DNA of 64,000 nucleotides, taken from NCBI RefSeq assembly GCF_963921235.1, contig NC_086098.1, positions 6,448,001 to 6,512,000 of the forward strand, given 5' to 3'. Source of the stretch: Mobula hypostoma. Lineage: Eukaryota. Below the pieces are notes generated by a model. It made no database searches, was not told where the DNA came from, and worked only from the letters and a program-made list of their open reading frames with translations. Position numbers and translations under genes: made by a program. The stretch's first letter is position 1, and the number at the start of each line of letters is the position of its first letter. Positions 12,726-25,821 of this stretch are shown here, piece by piece.

Positions 12726-13090
12726 ACAGTTGAAACGGTGCACCAGGGTATGGCTGCTGTCACATGTAACAGCTACTTGGAGCCGCAGGTGAGAGCTGTA
12801 CGTCGAAACACACAGTGAACAGTGTCAAATCAAAACAGTGACTGGGCAGGGCAGGCCGCATGTGTCTGCTTGCTTCAGAAGCCGACATAACATGCCTACA
12901 ATGCTCTAACCCTAACCCGTACATCTTTGGAATGTGGGAGTAAACCAGAACTCCCAGAGGAAACCCGCCTGGTCATGGGAAGAACGTACAAACTCCTTAC
13001 ACTCAGCAGTGGGAATTGAACCCCAGTTAGCTTGTTGTGCAGTTTTGCGCTAACATTCATAGATTTTGTTGGAAATTCAAAACCTTAGAT

Positions 13091-13163
13091 TAGGGGTTCC
13101 CAAACTTCTTTTTTATGCCATGGACCCGTAAGGTGTCCGTGAACTTCAGGTTGGGAACCCCTG
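13091..13163. mobile_element. hAT-type mini-MITE
   Basis: TAGGGGTTCCCAA...GGTTGGGAACCCCTG terminal inverted repeats; sister copy at 49433-49512. Confidence 0.7.
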
Positions 13164-14875
13164 CTAGATGCATCTTGACAATTTGCTGTTAGTGTCTCTC
13201 GAGTGCCAAGACTAGATCTGCACTTGTTCCAAGGAAAAACAACACAAGTGGATTAAACTGAGAAATGAAAAGTAATATACATGTGTTAATCTCATCCCCT
13301 ATCTATCATGTCTAGATATGACTATAAGGAGACATGTCATGCCTATGCTGGTATCTACTAAAGAAAATGATTAATTACTTGAGATTACCACTATTATTGC
13401 TTTATCCAAAGAAGAACGTTCATCTTTGGTGACAGAAATTTCATCCAGCTTCATGCACACTCTGACTGGTCACCTTTTAATAGCTCTTCCTTGTTAATTC
13501 TGTCTCAAACTCAACCCATCGAGCCACCTCGCAATGACTTCTGCTATTACCACACAAATTCGCAAAAGTGCATGAATAATTTTTAAATGCTGTGCAAAGT
13601 CAATATAAGGCAGCATTGCGGTTCACACAACGATTCGCGATTAGGGTTCAAAGAGCGATTTGTGGAGTGCTCTGCCACAAGCTGCAGTGGAGGCCAAGCA
13701 CATGGGTATATTCAAAGCAAAAGTTAATAGATTCCTCATTGGTCGGGGCATCAAGGGATATGGTGAGAGGGCAGATGTATGAGGTTGAATGGGATACAGC
13801 ATCAGCCATGATAAAATAGCGGAGTGGACTCGAGGGGATAAATGGCCTAATTCTGCTCTTTTGTCTTATGGTCTAATGATCTCATTCAGCCCAACCTGCA
13901 AGATTACATTACAAGAGGAAACTATGGGCCAGTTAGTCTGACCTCAGTGGTTGGGAAGATGTTGGACTCGATTATTAAGGATGAGGTCTCAGGATAATTA
14001 GACCATAAAACATCGGAATTAGGCCATTAAGCCGGTCGAGTCTGCTCTGCATTCAATCATGTCTGATCCCGGATCCCACTCAACCCCATACACCTGCCTT
14101 CTCACCATATCCCTTGGTGCCCTGAACAATCAGGAAGCTATCAACTTCCACTTTATATAAACCCACGGACTTGGCCTCCACCGCAGTCTGTGGCAGAACA
14201 TTCCTCAGATTCACCACTCTCTGCGTAAAAAAAAATCCTCCTTACCTCTGTTCTAAAAGGTTGCCCTTCAATTTTGAAGATGTGCCCTCTAGTTCTGGAT
14301 ACTCCCACTAGAGGAAACATCCTCTCCACATCCACCTTATCTGGCCTTTCAAAATTCAGTAGGTTTCGATGAGATTCCCACGCATTCTTCTAAATTCCAG
14401 TGAGGGCAGGCCTAAAGCTTCCAAACATTCCTGATTTGTTAACCCCTATATTCCCAGAATCATCCTCATGAACCTCCTCTGGACTCTCTCCAATGACAAC
14501 ACATCCCTTCAGAGATATGGGGCCCAAAACTGTTGACAATACTCCAAGTGCAGCCTGACCTGTGTCTTATAAAGCCTCAGCATTATCTCCTTGCTTTTAT
14601 ATCCTATTCTCCTTGAAATGAATGCCAACATTGTATTTGCCTTCTTTAGAACCATAAGACCACAAGATGTAGGAGTAGAATTAGGCTATTCGGCCCATCA
14701 AATCTGCTCCACCATTCAATCATGGGCTGATCCAATTCTTCCAGTCATCCCCTGCTTTACTAGAGACTAAACCTGTAAATTAACACCTTCTGGGAGTCTT
14801 GCACAAGGACTCCTAAGTCCCTTGGTACCTCAGATGCTTGAATTTTTTCCCCATTTAGATATCAGTCTGCACTAT

Positions 14876-15051
14876 AACAGGAATTCTGCAGATGCTGGAA
14901 ATTCAAGCAACACACATCAAAGTTGCTGGTGAATGCAGCAGGCCAGACAGCATCTCTAGGAAGAGGTGCAGTCGACGTTTCAGGCCGACTGCACCTCTTC
15001 CTAGAGATGCCGCCTGGCCTGCTGCATTCACCAGCAACTTTGATGTGTGTT
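14876..15051. mobile_element. Fold-back (inverted) Penelope pLTR insertion
   Basis: ~70-bp inverted arms (14909-14978 / 14987-15052); 11-bp direct repeat GTCTGCACTAT at 14865-14875 and 15052-15062. Confidence 0.88.
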
Positions 15052-16261
15052 GTCTGCACTATTGTTCCTTTCACCAAAATGCATTATCATACATTTCCCA
15101 CTGTATTCCATCTGCCACTTTTTTCCCCCATTCTTCCAATTCGTATAAGTCCTGCTGCAATCACTTTGCTTCCTCAGCACTACCTACCCCTCCACCTATC
15201 TTTGTATCATCCACAAACTTTGCCACAAAGCCATCAATTCCGCTATCTAAATCATTGATAAACAATGTGAAAAATAGCGGTCCCAATACTGACCCCTAAG
15301 GAACACCACTAGTCACTGGTAGCCAACCAGAATAGACTCCCTTTATTCCCATTCACTGCCTCCTGCCTGTCAGCCACTTTTCTATCCATGCCAGTATCTT
15401 TCCTGCAACCTCATAGTGTTACAGCCTTATGCGAGGCACCTTATGAAATGCCCCCTGAAAATCGAAGTAAGTGACACCTACTGCCTCTCCATTTGTCCAC
15501 CCTGCTTGTTATTTCCTCGAAGAATTCTCACAACTTTGTCAGGCAAGATTTCCCTTGGCAGAAACCATGCTGACTTTGACTTATTATATTATCATCTCCA
15601 AATACCCCGAAACCATAGAAACTACAGCCCAGAAACAGGCCTTTTGGCCCTTCTTGGCTGTGCTGAACCATTTTTCTGCCTAGTCCCACTGACATGTACC
15701 TGGATCATATCCCTCCATACATCTCCCATCCATGTACCTGTTCAAGTTATCCTTAAATGTTAAAAGTGACCCTGCATTTATCACTTTATCTGGCAGTTTA
15801 TTCCACACTCCCACCACTTTCTGTGTGAAGAAGCCACCCCCAATGTTCCCTTTAAACTTTTCCCCCTTCACCCTTAACCCATGTCCTCTGGCTTTTTTCT
15901 CCCCTTGCCTCAGTGGAAAAAGCCTGCTTGCATTCACTCTATCTATACCCCTCATAATTTTATATACCTCTATCAAATCTCCCCTCATTCTTCTACACTC
16001 CAGGGAGTAAAGTCCTAACTCATTTAACCTTTCTCTGTAACTGAGTTTCTCAAGTCTCAGCAACATCCTTGTAAACCTTCTCTGCACTCTTTCAACCTTG
16101 CTAACATCCTTCCTGTAATTTGGTGACCAAAACTGTACACAATACGTTATCTACCTGTGACGCCACTTTTAGGGAATTTTGTATCTTGTATTCCCAGATC
16201 CCTCTGTTCTACTGCACTCCTCAGTGCCCTACCAATTACCTTGTGTGTTCTACCTTGGATT

Positions 16262-16969
16262 AAGCAACACTCACAACACGCTGGAGGAACTCAGCAGTTC
16301 GGGTAGCATCCGTGGAAACGATGAGTCGACGTTTCGGGCCGGAACCCTTCGTCAGGACTGTAGAGGGAAGGGGCAGAGGCCCTATAAAGAAGGTCGGGGA
16401 AGGGTGGGAAGGAGAAGGCTGGTAGGTTCCAGGTGAAAAACCAGTAAGGGGAAAGATAAAGGGGTGGGAGAGGGGAGGCAGGGAGGTGATAGGCAGGAAA
16501 GGTGAAGAAGGAATAGGGGAAAACACAATGGGTAGTAGAAGGAGGCGGAACCATGAGGGAGGTGATAGGCAGCTGGGGGAGGGGACAGAGTGGCATAGGG
16601 ATAGAGGAAGGGAGTGGGAGGGAATTACCGGAAGTTGGAGAATTCTATGTTCATACCAAGGGGCTGGAGACTACCTAGACGGTATATGAGGTGTTGCTCC
16701 TCCAACCTGAGTTTAGCCTCATCATGGCAGTAGAGGAGGCCATGTATGGACATATCTGAATGACCGATTCGCCACTCCACTGCGAAGTCTCTTCGAGGTA
16801 TGCCTACCCTGAAGAAGTTTAAATCTTCTCTTCGACGGGAGTTCAGTGAGACCCACTCTCACTGCTCCCCCTCTGTGATCTCCGCCTCTCTCCCGACCTG
16901 CTGAGTTCCTCCAGTGTGTTGTGAGTGTTGCTTTGACCCCAGCATCTGCAGATTATTTTGTGTTTACGA
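16262..16969 (-). mobile_element. Penelope insertion with inverted pLTR termini, inside CR1
   Basis: AAGCAACACTCACAACACGCTGGAGGAACTCAGCAG at the start and its inverse near the end; flanking direct repeat TTCTACCTTGG(A/T)TT at 16248-16261 and 16970-16983. Confidence 0.88.
16324..16359 (-). ncRNA. Minimal type-I hammerhead ribozyme in Penelope pLTR
   Basis: Minus strand AGUC-CUGACGA-A-GGG UUCCGG CCC-GAAAC-GUC-GACU: intact core, stem I AGUC/GACU, stem II GGG/CCC, palindromic ACGU stem III, GUC cleavage triplet. Confidence 0.8.
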
Positions 16970-19900
16970 TTCTACCTTGGTTTGTCCTTCCAAAGTGCAA
17001 TACCTCACACTTGTCTGTATGAAGCTCCATCTGCCATTTTTCAGCCAATTTTCCCGGCTGGTCCAAGTCCCTCTGCAGGCTCTGAAAACCTTCCTCACTG
17101 TCCACTACTCCTCCAATCTTTGTATCATCAGCAAACTTGCTGATCCAATTTACCACATTATCATCCAGATCATTGATATAGATGACAAATAACAATGGAC
17201 CCAGCACTGATCCCTGTGGCACACCACTAGTCACAGGCCTCCACTCAGAGAAGCAATTCTCTACCACCACTCTCTGGCTTCTCCCATTAAGCCAATGTCT
17301 AATCCAATTTACTACCTCTCCATGTATGCCTAGCGACTGAATCTTCCTAACTAACCTCCCATGCAGGACCTTGTCAAAGGCCTTACTGAAGTCCATATAG
17401 ACAACATCCACTGCCTTCCCTACATCCACTTTCCGGGTAACTTCCTCAAAAAGCTCTAATAGATTTGTTAAACATGACCTACCACGCAGAAAGCCATGTT
17501 GACTCTCCTTAATAAGTCCCTGTCTATCCAAGTACTTGTAGATCTTATCTCTTAGTACTCCTTCCAATAATTTACCTACTACCGATGTCAAATTTACCGG
17601 CCTATAATTTCCCGGATTACTTTTAGAGCCTTTTTTAAACAAGGGAACAACATGAGCTATCCTCCAATCCTCCGGCACTTCACACGTAGATACTGACAAC
17701 TTAAATATATCTGCCAAGGCCCCTGCAATTTCAACACTAGTATCCTTCAAGGTCCGAGGGAATACTCTGTCAGGTCCTGGGGATTTATCTACTCTGATTT
17801 GCCTCAAGATTGCAAGCACCTCCTCCTCTTCAATTTGTATAGGTTTCATGACCTCACTACTTGTTTGCCTTATTTCTATTGACTCCATGCCAGTCTCCTT
17901 AGTAAATAGAGATGCAAAAAAGATCTCCCCCATTTCTTTTGGTTCCGCACATAGTCGACCACTCTGATCTTCAAGAGGACCAATTTTATCCCTTACTATC
18001 CTTTTGCTCTTAATACACCTGTAGTAGCTCTTTGGATTATCCTTCACCTTGACTGCCAAAGCAACCTCATGTCTTCTTTTAGCCCTCCTGATTTCTTCCT
18101 TAAGTATTTTTTTGCACTTTTTATATTCCTCAAGCACCTTATTTGCTCCCCGTTCCCTATAAATGTTATACATCTCTCGCTTCTTCTTCTTTATCAGAGT
18201 TCCAATATTCCTCAAGAACCAAGGTTCCTTATTCTTACTCACTTTGCCTTTAATCCCGACAGGAACATACAAACTCTGCACTCTCCTAAACCACATCCTT
18301 AATAATAGAATCAAACACTTTCCCAGCCACTGAGGTTTGGCTACCTGGAATATAATTTCCTTTCTTTTGTCTTCCTCCCTTCTTGATGAGTAAAGTGACA
18401 TTTACAATTTTCCATTCCTCCAGAACCACATCAGAATCAAGTGATTCTTGAATGATCATGACTAATGCATCTGTTATCTCTTCAACAACCTCTCTCAGGA
18501 CTCTCAGATGTAGTCCATCTAGTCCAAGAGACCTATCCACCTTAAGCCCTTTGATCTTGCCTTGCACTTTTTCCTTCGTGATCAGCAATGGCACTCACTT
18601 GTTCCCTGACACTCACGGACCTCTGGCACACTGCTAGTGTCTTCCACCATGAAGACAGGTGCAAAGTACCAGTTACATTCACCTGCCATTTCTACCTCAC
18701 CAACATCATTTTCTAATGGTCCAATGTCAACTTTCACCTCCCTTTTACTTTTTATACAACTTTTAGTATCCTGCTTTTACATTATTGGCTAGTTCGCCCA
18801 CATAGTTCATCTTTCCTTTCTCATAGCTTTTTTAGTTCCCTTTTTTTTGGGATTTTAAATGTTTCCCAGTCATCCAAGTTCCCACTCACTTTTACTACTT
18901 AATTTGCCCTGTTTTTAGCTTTTATGCTCCCTTAACTTCCCTTGTCAGCCATGGTTGCCGACTCCTGCCATTTGAAAACAACTTCTTCTGTGGAGCATTT
19001 CCATCCTGCACCTTGTGAACCAGAAACTTCAGCCATCTCTGCTCTGCTGTCATCCCCGCCAGTACCCTCCTCCAAAATACCTGGGCAGGCCCCAAAGTTA
19101 ACTGATGTTCAGAGGGATAGTAAATCAGCCATGATGGAATGGCGGAGCAGACTCAATGGGCTGAATGGCCTAATTCTGTTCATGGTTTTATGGGATTAAG
19201 TTTCAAGAGATTGAAGTTGGGGAAATGAAGGACAACAATCCAAGGAAAGGGTAAAATCGAAAGAAGCTAATTTTTATCTTACCTTAAAAAAAAGTTGCAT
19301 AATTTGTCACCATTATTCCACTTCGTTCCCGTATGCCTTCATAACCCAGAAAGGTCGTTAGCCACTGTACAGCACTTGGCCCTTCCTCCCTAAGGAACAA
19401 TAAATATGTACTGAGATTCCCATTATTAGCAAGATACTGTGATAATTACCCATTATTTTCCCAGCTTGGATAGCACTTTGCCGATGTGATTTCCAGCAGC
19501 TGGCTGTAGAGTACTGAGGAACAGAGTAATTTCCTATTCATATATGGCCATGGATTATGAGGAATCTCGAGGGTTCCGATGTTTATGAGGTACACTCCAG
19601 GGAAAGGAGGTCAGCTGCAATTGATCTGCCTTGTTCTTGCTACTCTTGGACTTTGCTGACCCCAGTAAACTCATGCATCCTTCCATCGACTCACAAACGC
19701 AGCTGTCATTGCCTCAACAACAGATTCTTGACCCTGACTGTGGAAATTCAGACATGTGAGACAGGTCTTTTGATGGATTATGATGAGTAATTGAACTAAT
19801 TGTTAATGTGATAACAGCCAACACATTCAAACCATAAAACACAGGAGCAGAATCAGGCCATTCAGCCCATTAAACCTGCCCCACCATTCAATCCTGGCTG

Positions 19901-22806
19901 ATTTATTTTCCTTCTCAACCCCATTCTCCTACCTTCTCCCTGTAACCTCTGACACCCTGACTACTCAAGAACCTATCAACCTCCACTTTAAATATCCCCA
20001 AAGACTTGGCCTTTGCTGCCGTCTGCGGCAATGAATTCCACAGATTCGCCATGTTTGAGCTAAATAAATCCCTCTTCATCTCTGTTCTAAAGGGACATCC
20101 TTGCATTCTGAGGACGCGCTCTCCAGCCCTAGGCTCTCCCACTACTGACAACAACTTCTTTATGTCTGCTCTATTTGTGCCTTTCAATATTCAACAGGTT
20201 TCTATAGGATTCCTGTATTCAAATTTCGACACCTCCACTAAATGAAACATTCACTCTATCTAGACCTTTCAAAATTTGATAGGTTTCTATAGGATTCCTG
20301 TATTTGAATATAGGATTCAACTAACTATTGCATTAAGTGGAAAACAAAGATTTTTTAATCATGTTCCTGGAACATACTGCACAATGTTACTTTTCCCTTT
20401 TCTAATTAATATTTCCATCTGGTGCCATGGTGCCATAATGGCTAGTGTAGCTATCAGCGTTCCATTTCCGCTGCTCTTTGTACATTCTCTCCTGACCACT
20501 TGGGTTACCAAGTCCCAAGTCCCTCCCTATAGGTTAGCAAGGATTAGCAAGTGGTGGGTATGCTGTGTTTGAACCAGGAGCACGGCGACATTTGCGAGCT
20601 AACCCAACACGTGCTCAGAATGCATTGCTCATTGATGCAAACGACAGATTTCACTGGATGTGTTTATGTACATGTGACAAACAAGGCTTATCTCTTTAGT
20701 CTAAGAAAGTATAAAGATCGTGGTACTTACAGTGGTCCACACAAATCTACATCATCGCAATTGATTCAAGATGCAAATTTATTTGTCACAGGTACATCGA
20801 AACATACAATGAAATGCGTCCTTTGCATCAACAACTATCACAGTCAAGGCTGTGCTGGGGTGGCCCACAAGTGTTGACGTATATTCTGCTGCAACATAGC
20901 ATGCCTACAATGCTCACAAGAACAACCCAGAGCACAGCAAACAACTGGAAGAAAATTGTAGGAAGATGATTGATTGAACTGAATTTCAGAAGATCAAAGT
21001 TGGGGAAAAGGGGAGAATGAAGAAGAGCAGTCCAGCGAGGGGATAAAGCCAAAGAACAAAACCTCTATACTTAGAGGTTTTCTATTACAAAGAGGGGAGA
21101 GTGAATTCGATTTGATCTGTCCAATCAGTAAAAGCATCCTGTACATTATTATGTTTAATATGAGGGGCCATCATTTTAAGGTGTTTGGAGAAAAGTACAG
21201 AGATAAGCTTTTTACACCCAGAGTGGTGGGTGCATGGAATGCACTGCCAGAGGTGGTCGTGAGACAGATATATTAGCAACATTTAAGAAACTCTTAGATA
21301 GGCACATGGATGAAAGAAAAATGGAGGGCTATGTGGGAATGAATGAGATGTTGGCCTTCATTTCAAGAGGATTAAAATTAAAAAAGTAAGAATGTAATTT
21401 TGAGGCTTTATAAAGCACTGGTGAAGCCTCACTTGGAGTTTTGGAAGCAGTTTTGGGCCCCTTATCTAAGAGAGGATGTTCTGACATTGGAGAGGGTTAA
21501 AAGGTGGTTCACAAAAATGATTCCGGGATTGAAAGGCTCATCATATAAGAGTGCTTGATGGTTCTGTGACTCACCCACTGGAATTCAGAAGAATGAGGGG
21601 ATACCTCATTGGAATCTATTGAATGTTGAAAGGCCTTGATAGAGTGGATATGTTGGGAATGCTTTCTATTCTGGGGGAGTCTAAGACCAGAGGACAGAGA
21701 CTCAGATTACAGGGATGTCCATTTAGAACAGAGATTAGGAGGAATTTCTTTAGCCAGAGAGTGGTAAATCTGTAGAATTCAAGTGATTGGGTGTACTTAA
21801 GGCTGAGGTTGATAGGTTCTTGATTAGTCAAGCATGAAGGGATGCAGGGAGAAGGCAGGAGATTTGGGCTGAGAGGGAAAATGGATCAGCCATAATGGAT
21901 TGGTGCAGAAGACTCAAACGGCCAAATTGCCTAATTCTGCTCCTATATCTTAAGGTCTTATGGTGAAAGATCAGATTGATCTTAAGTAGCTTAACAGGTT
22001 GACACAGCATCATGGGCCGAAGGGTCTGTACTGTGCCGTACTGTTCTGTGTTCACTTCCACAGAGCCCTGAGCTTGCTTTGAGAAATCCATCTCATGACC
22101 AGGGACAAGTCCCTGAATATAAAGACAGTGCTGTCAAAACAATTTTATTACATAAATAGATTTTTTTCAAGATCTGGAACCCAAAAATAATAAACTGGAA
22201 AATTTCAAACTCCAGTAGATGTGTCAAAAGGATGTCAGACTGGAAAAACAGAATTCTCTGCCTTTTTCCACTCATAGAAAAACTGATATATGCCACGAAA
22301 TGTATAGTTCCTTATTGAGAAACTCCTGGTTTATTGCTACATTACAAAACAAATATCCTGTGTTGACACATCGACAAAAATGTCATCTTTCACCTTTGCT
22401 GTAATGTTTGATGGCCATTTGGAGCAGTAATCTAATGGCTGCTTATGTAATAGATTCTATGAAACATTTCTTTATGTTTAAAATACAACGTGAAGGGAAT
22501 CCCAAGAGTATTTTTGCTACAGTTAACTTGCTCCCATCAGGGGTCTTTTAGTTTTCACTTACACAACATAAAAGTACAATAAATATCATCTGGGAATAAA
22601 TTAACTTCAGGTTTGACTACAGAAGAAATTCTTAGATTTTTCCCTCTGATATGTAGGTAAATCCTCTGTGGTGGCACTACAGACTGATAGCCGGGAAAAG
22701 ACTTGTGATGCTTGGCTGTAAATCTTGCCTGCTGTTCATCACTACTCAAGAGCTCCCTGTGCTGGAATAAATCTGCCTTGTTTTGCCCAACCTCTAATTA
22801 CATCAG

Positions 22807-23820
22807 GAACACAAGAGATTCTGCAGATGCTGGCAACCCAGAGCAACACACACAAAATGCTGGCGGAACTCAGCAGGTCAGGCAGCATCCATAGGAGTGA
22901 ATAAACAGTCGAAATTAAGGACAGAGGGCCTTCATCAGGACTGGAAAGGAAGTGGTCAGAAGTCAGAATAAGAAGGTGAGGGAAGTGAAGGATACAAGCT
23001 GCAGATGAAGGATAAGGTGTGTGGATGGTGGAGGAGGGAATGAAGTAAGAAGTTGAGAAGTGATTGGTGGGAAAGGTAAAGGGGTGAAGAAGAAGGAATC
23101 TGATAGGAGAGGAGAGTGGACAGCTGATAGTTTTGGAAGGAACACATATGAAACGCTGAAGGAACTCAGCAGGTCAGGCAGCATCTGTGGAAATGAACAA
23201 ACCTTCGACATTTCAGGCAGAGACCCTTCATCGGGACTAGAAAAGAAAGGGAGAAGACGCCAGAATATAAAGATGGGGGGAAGGGAAGATGGCTGACTAG
23301 AAGGTGATAGGTGAAGCCAGGTCTTAGGAAAAGTAATGGGCTCGAGAGGGAGGAATCTGTTAGGAGAGGAGAGTGGACCATAGGAGAAATAGAAGAAGGA
23401 GGGGACCCAGGGGGAAGTGATAGATAGGTGAGAAGAGGTAAGAGGCTAGAGTGGGGAATAGAGGAAGAGGGGAGGGGGAAGAAAAGATATTTTTACCAGA
23501 AGGAGAAATCGATATTCATGCCATCAGGTTGGAGGCTACCCAGGTCATGGATCAACATGTCAGAACAGAAATGAGGCTCTGCAGATGCTGGTAATCCAAA
23601 GCACACACAAAACACACACAAAATACCAGAGGAACTCAGCAGGTCAGGCAGCCTCTAAAATTGGCAGGTGAAGGATAAGATGGGTGAGCAGTGGAGGAAG
23701 GGAAATGAAGTAAGAAGCTGAGAGGTGATTGGTGGAAAAGGTAAAGGGCTGAAGAAGGAGGAATCTGATTGAAGCGGAAAGTGGACAGATGATAGTTTTG
23801 GAAAATCCAAACAGGCAAAT
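22807..23820 (-). mobile_element. Cluster of three tandem Penelope 3'/pLTR fragments
   Basis: Repeated GGAACTCAGCAGGTCAGGCAGC plus purine-rich tracts starting at ~22807, 23140 and 23580; degenerate hammerheads in the first two. Confidence 0.75.
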
Positions 23821-23959
23821 ACATTGATCATCAGAAAGATCATGGTGTCACTGAAGACTCACTGGGAATTGACTTGTTGCTAGTGGACATATCTTTACCC
23901 TCTTTACAAATTATATTATAGGTATTTCTGCAGACCCCTGAGAATGGAGGGAGAAAAGT

Positions 23960-24497
23960 CTGGTTAGGCGGCACTTGGAGTACTGTGTCCAGTTCTGGTC
24001 ACCTCACTATAGGAAGGATGTGGAAGCATTGGAAAGGGTACAGAGGGGATTTACCAGGATGCTGCCTGGTTTAGGGAGTATGCATTATGATCAGAGATTA
24101 AGGGAGCTAGGGCTTTACTCTTTGGAGAGAAGGAGGATGAGAGGAGACATGATAGAGGTGTACAAGATAATAAGAGGAATAGATAGAGTGGATAGCCAGC
24201 GCCTCTTCCCCAGGGCACCACTGCTCAATACAAAAGAACATGGCTTTAAGGTAAGGGGTGGGAAGTTCATGGGGGATATTAGAGGAAGGTTTTTTACTCA
24301 GAGAGTGGTTGGTGCGTGGAATGCACTGCCTGAGTCAGTGGTGGAGGCAGATACACTAGTGAAGTGTAAGAGACTACTAGACAGTATATGGAGGAATTTA
24401 AGGTGGGGGCTTATATGGGAGGCAGGGTTTGAGGGTCGGCACAACATTGTGGGCCGAAGGGCCTGTAATGTGCTGTTCTATTCTATATGTTCTATAT
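23960..24497 (+). mobile_element. CR1 LINE 3' fragment
   Basis: EYCVQFWSPHYRKDVEALERVQRGFTRMLPG...FFTQRVVGAWNALP; (TTCTAT) tail. Confidence 0.92.
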
Positions 24498-25821
24498 GAG
24501 AAACCCATCTCAATAGATGAGGAGAATACATTGAATATGAAGGTAACACAGTCAGAATATCTTTTCCCCTTAAATAACCTTTATTTCAAAACCTAAAAAT
24601 AATACTCTGTGAGACTTCAAATCAGTAATATAAAAATGGACCAACGTTGATTTTTTTTGGAGATGACATATTTGTAATAATTTAAGGAAATTAAAATTTT
24701 ACTGAGCAATGGAATTGCAGTCAGCTTTCAAACCACTTATTTTAATTCCATGGAATATTATTCTTGGCTTTTAATGATTTTCAGAAAAGCGGTCTTGAAA
24801 TAAAAATGTTGATCTTGGCTATGAGAAACAGCATTCAAATCTATGGTATCCCTTATTCAGCAATAAGGAATAAGCAAGTGTAGAAAGAAATAGATCGGGC
24901 CTAACAAAATGGAGGCCCTTTAAGAGTGATGGAAGTATGAGATACATGAGCATTTTGAACATCTTTTGGCGAAGTCAGTAAGCTATTATATGGGTCGGAG
25001 TCACCCTGCTTTCCTTCAACGCCGTCCATACAGATCAGTAAGCACTTGCTCATTTTTATTCATGGGGTTTCCGTCGCACAGGCCTGCTCAGTAAAGGGAT
25101 GTGCCAAGATCAATCTGCTTTCAGATGTGCCTGTAACTCCGAGGAAGAATTCTGCCGTTTCAATGAGATTGCACATCCTCTCTCAAAGTGGGTAGCTCAT
25201 TAGATGTAGGCTTGAAGTGAACAGTGGAGGTGGGCAAAAGAATGCCCAAAGAGCTGCCACTTCATGCAGTGCCTTTGTTATTCTTAATCACTGTCAAACT
25301 GGCTAACATGGCAGCCAAGGAGCTGAAGTGAGATATCCTGTACAAAATGGCTTATGTGCACATTGTTACCAAATATTGAAGGAGAATCAGGTTTATTATC
25401 ACTGACATACTGTACTATGCAAAATTCTTAGGAACATATTTATAGCAAGGGTGTTTTAGAATTTTGCACAGTACTGTAGTAGTCTTATACACTACACTGT
25501 ACTGCTGCCATAAAAAACAAAGAGGAGGGAGTGGGAAGCACCAGAGAGACATTCTGTAATGATCAATAGACCAATTGTTTGGAATCAAATTACCTTGCTT
25601 GGTGTCTCAGGGCTGGGTATGTCTGCACCCGTGCCAACTCCCTACCCCTGACATTCCTTCTTTGCTACCTGTCCCACCCCCCATCCGACCCCTTTGGCTG
25701 TTCCACCCTCATATTTCCTAACATCCTTTGCTCCTACCAGACTTACAAATTCACTCTCCACTCCACATTATCAAATGCAGTACTGTGTAGAAGTCTTAGG
25801 CGCCCTAGCTTTGTGTATATA

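Larger units (their letters stand above)
15608..18292 (-). mobile_element. Younger CR1 LINE (RT region, 482-aa open frame 16953-18401)
   Basis: KSPGPDRVFPRTLK, NYRPVNLTSVVGKLLE, MDFSKAFDKVLH, SGVPQGSVLGPLLFVIYINDLD, SKFADDTK; C-terminus at 15680-16087. Confidence 0.95.
13990..19080 (-). mobile_element. Older CR1 LINE(s) hosting a younger CR1 and two Penelope insertions
   Basis: CR1 ORF2 pieces at 14153-14335, 15060-15600 and 18286-18594 (SLGLDGLHLRVLREV..EWKIVNVTLL). Confidence 0.75.

Noticed and set aside
16953..18401. 482-aa ORF as a host gene or active RT
   Set aside because: 5'-truncated CR1 ORF2 fragment with a chimeric N-terminus from an older CR1, cut by a Penelope insertion.
22555..22749. 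Minus-strand 64-aa ORF ending at a GTAAGT donor as an exon
   Set aside because: No recognisable homology, weak acceptor context and no partner exons found.
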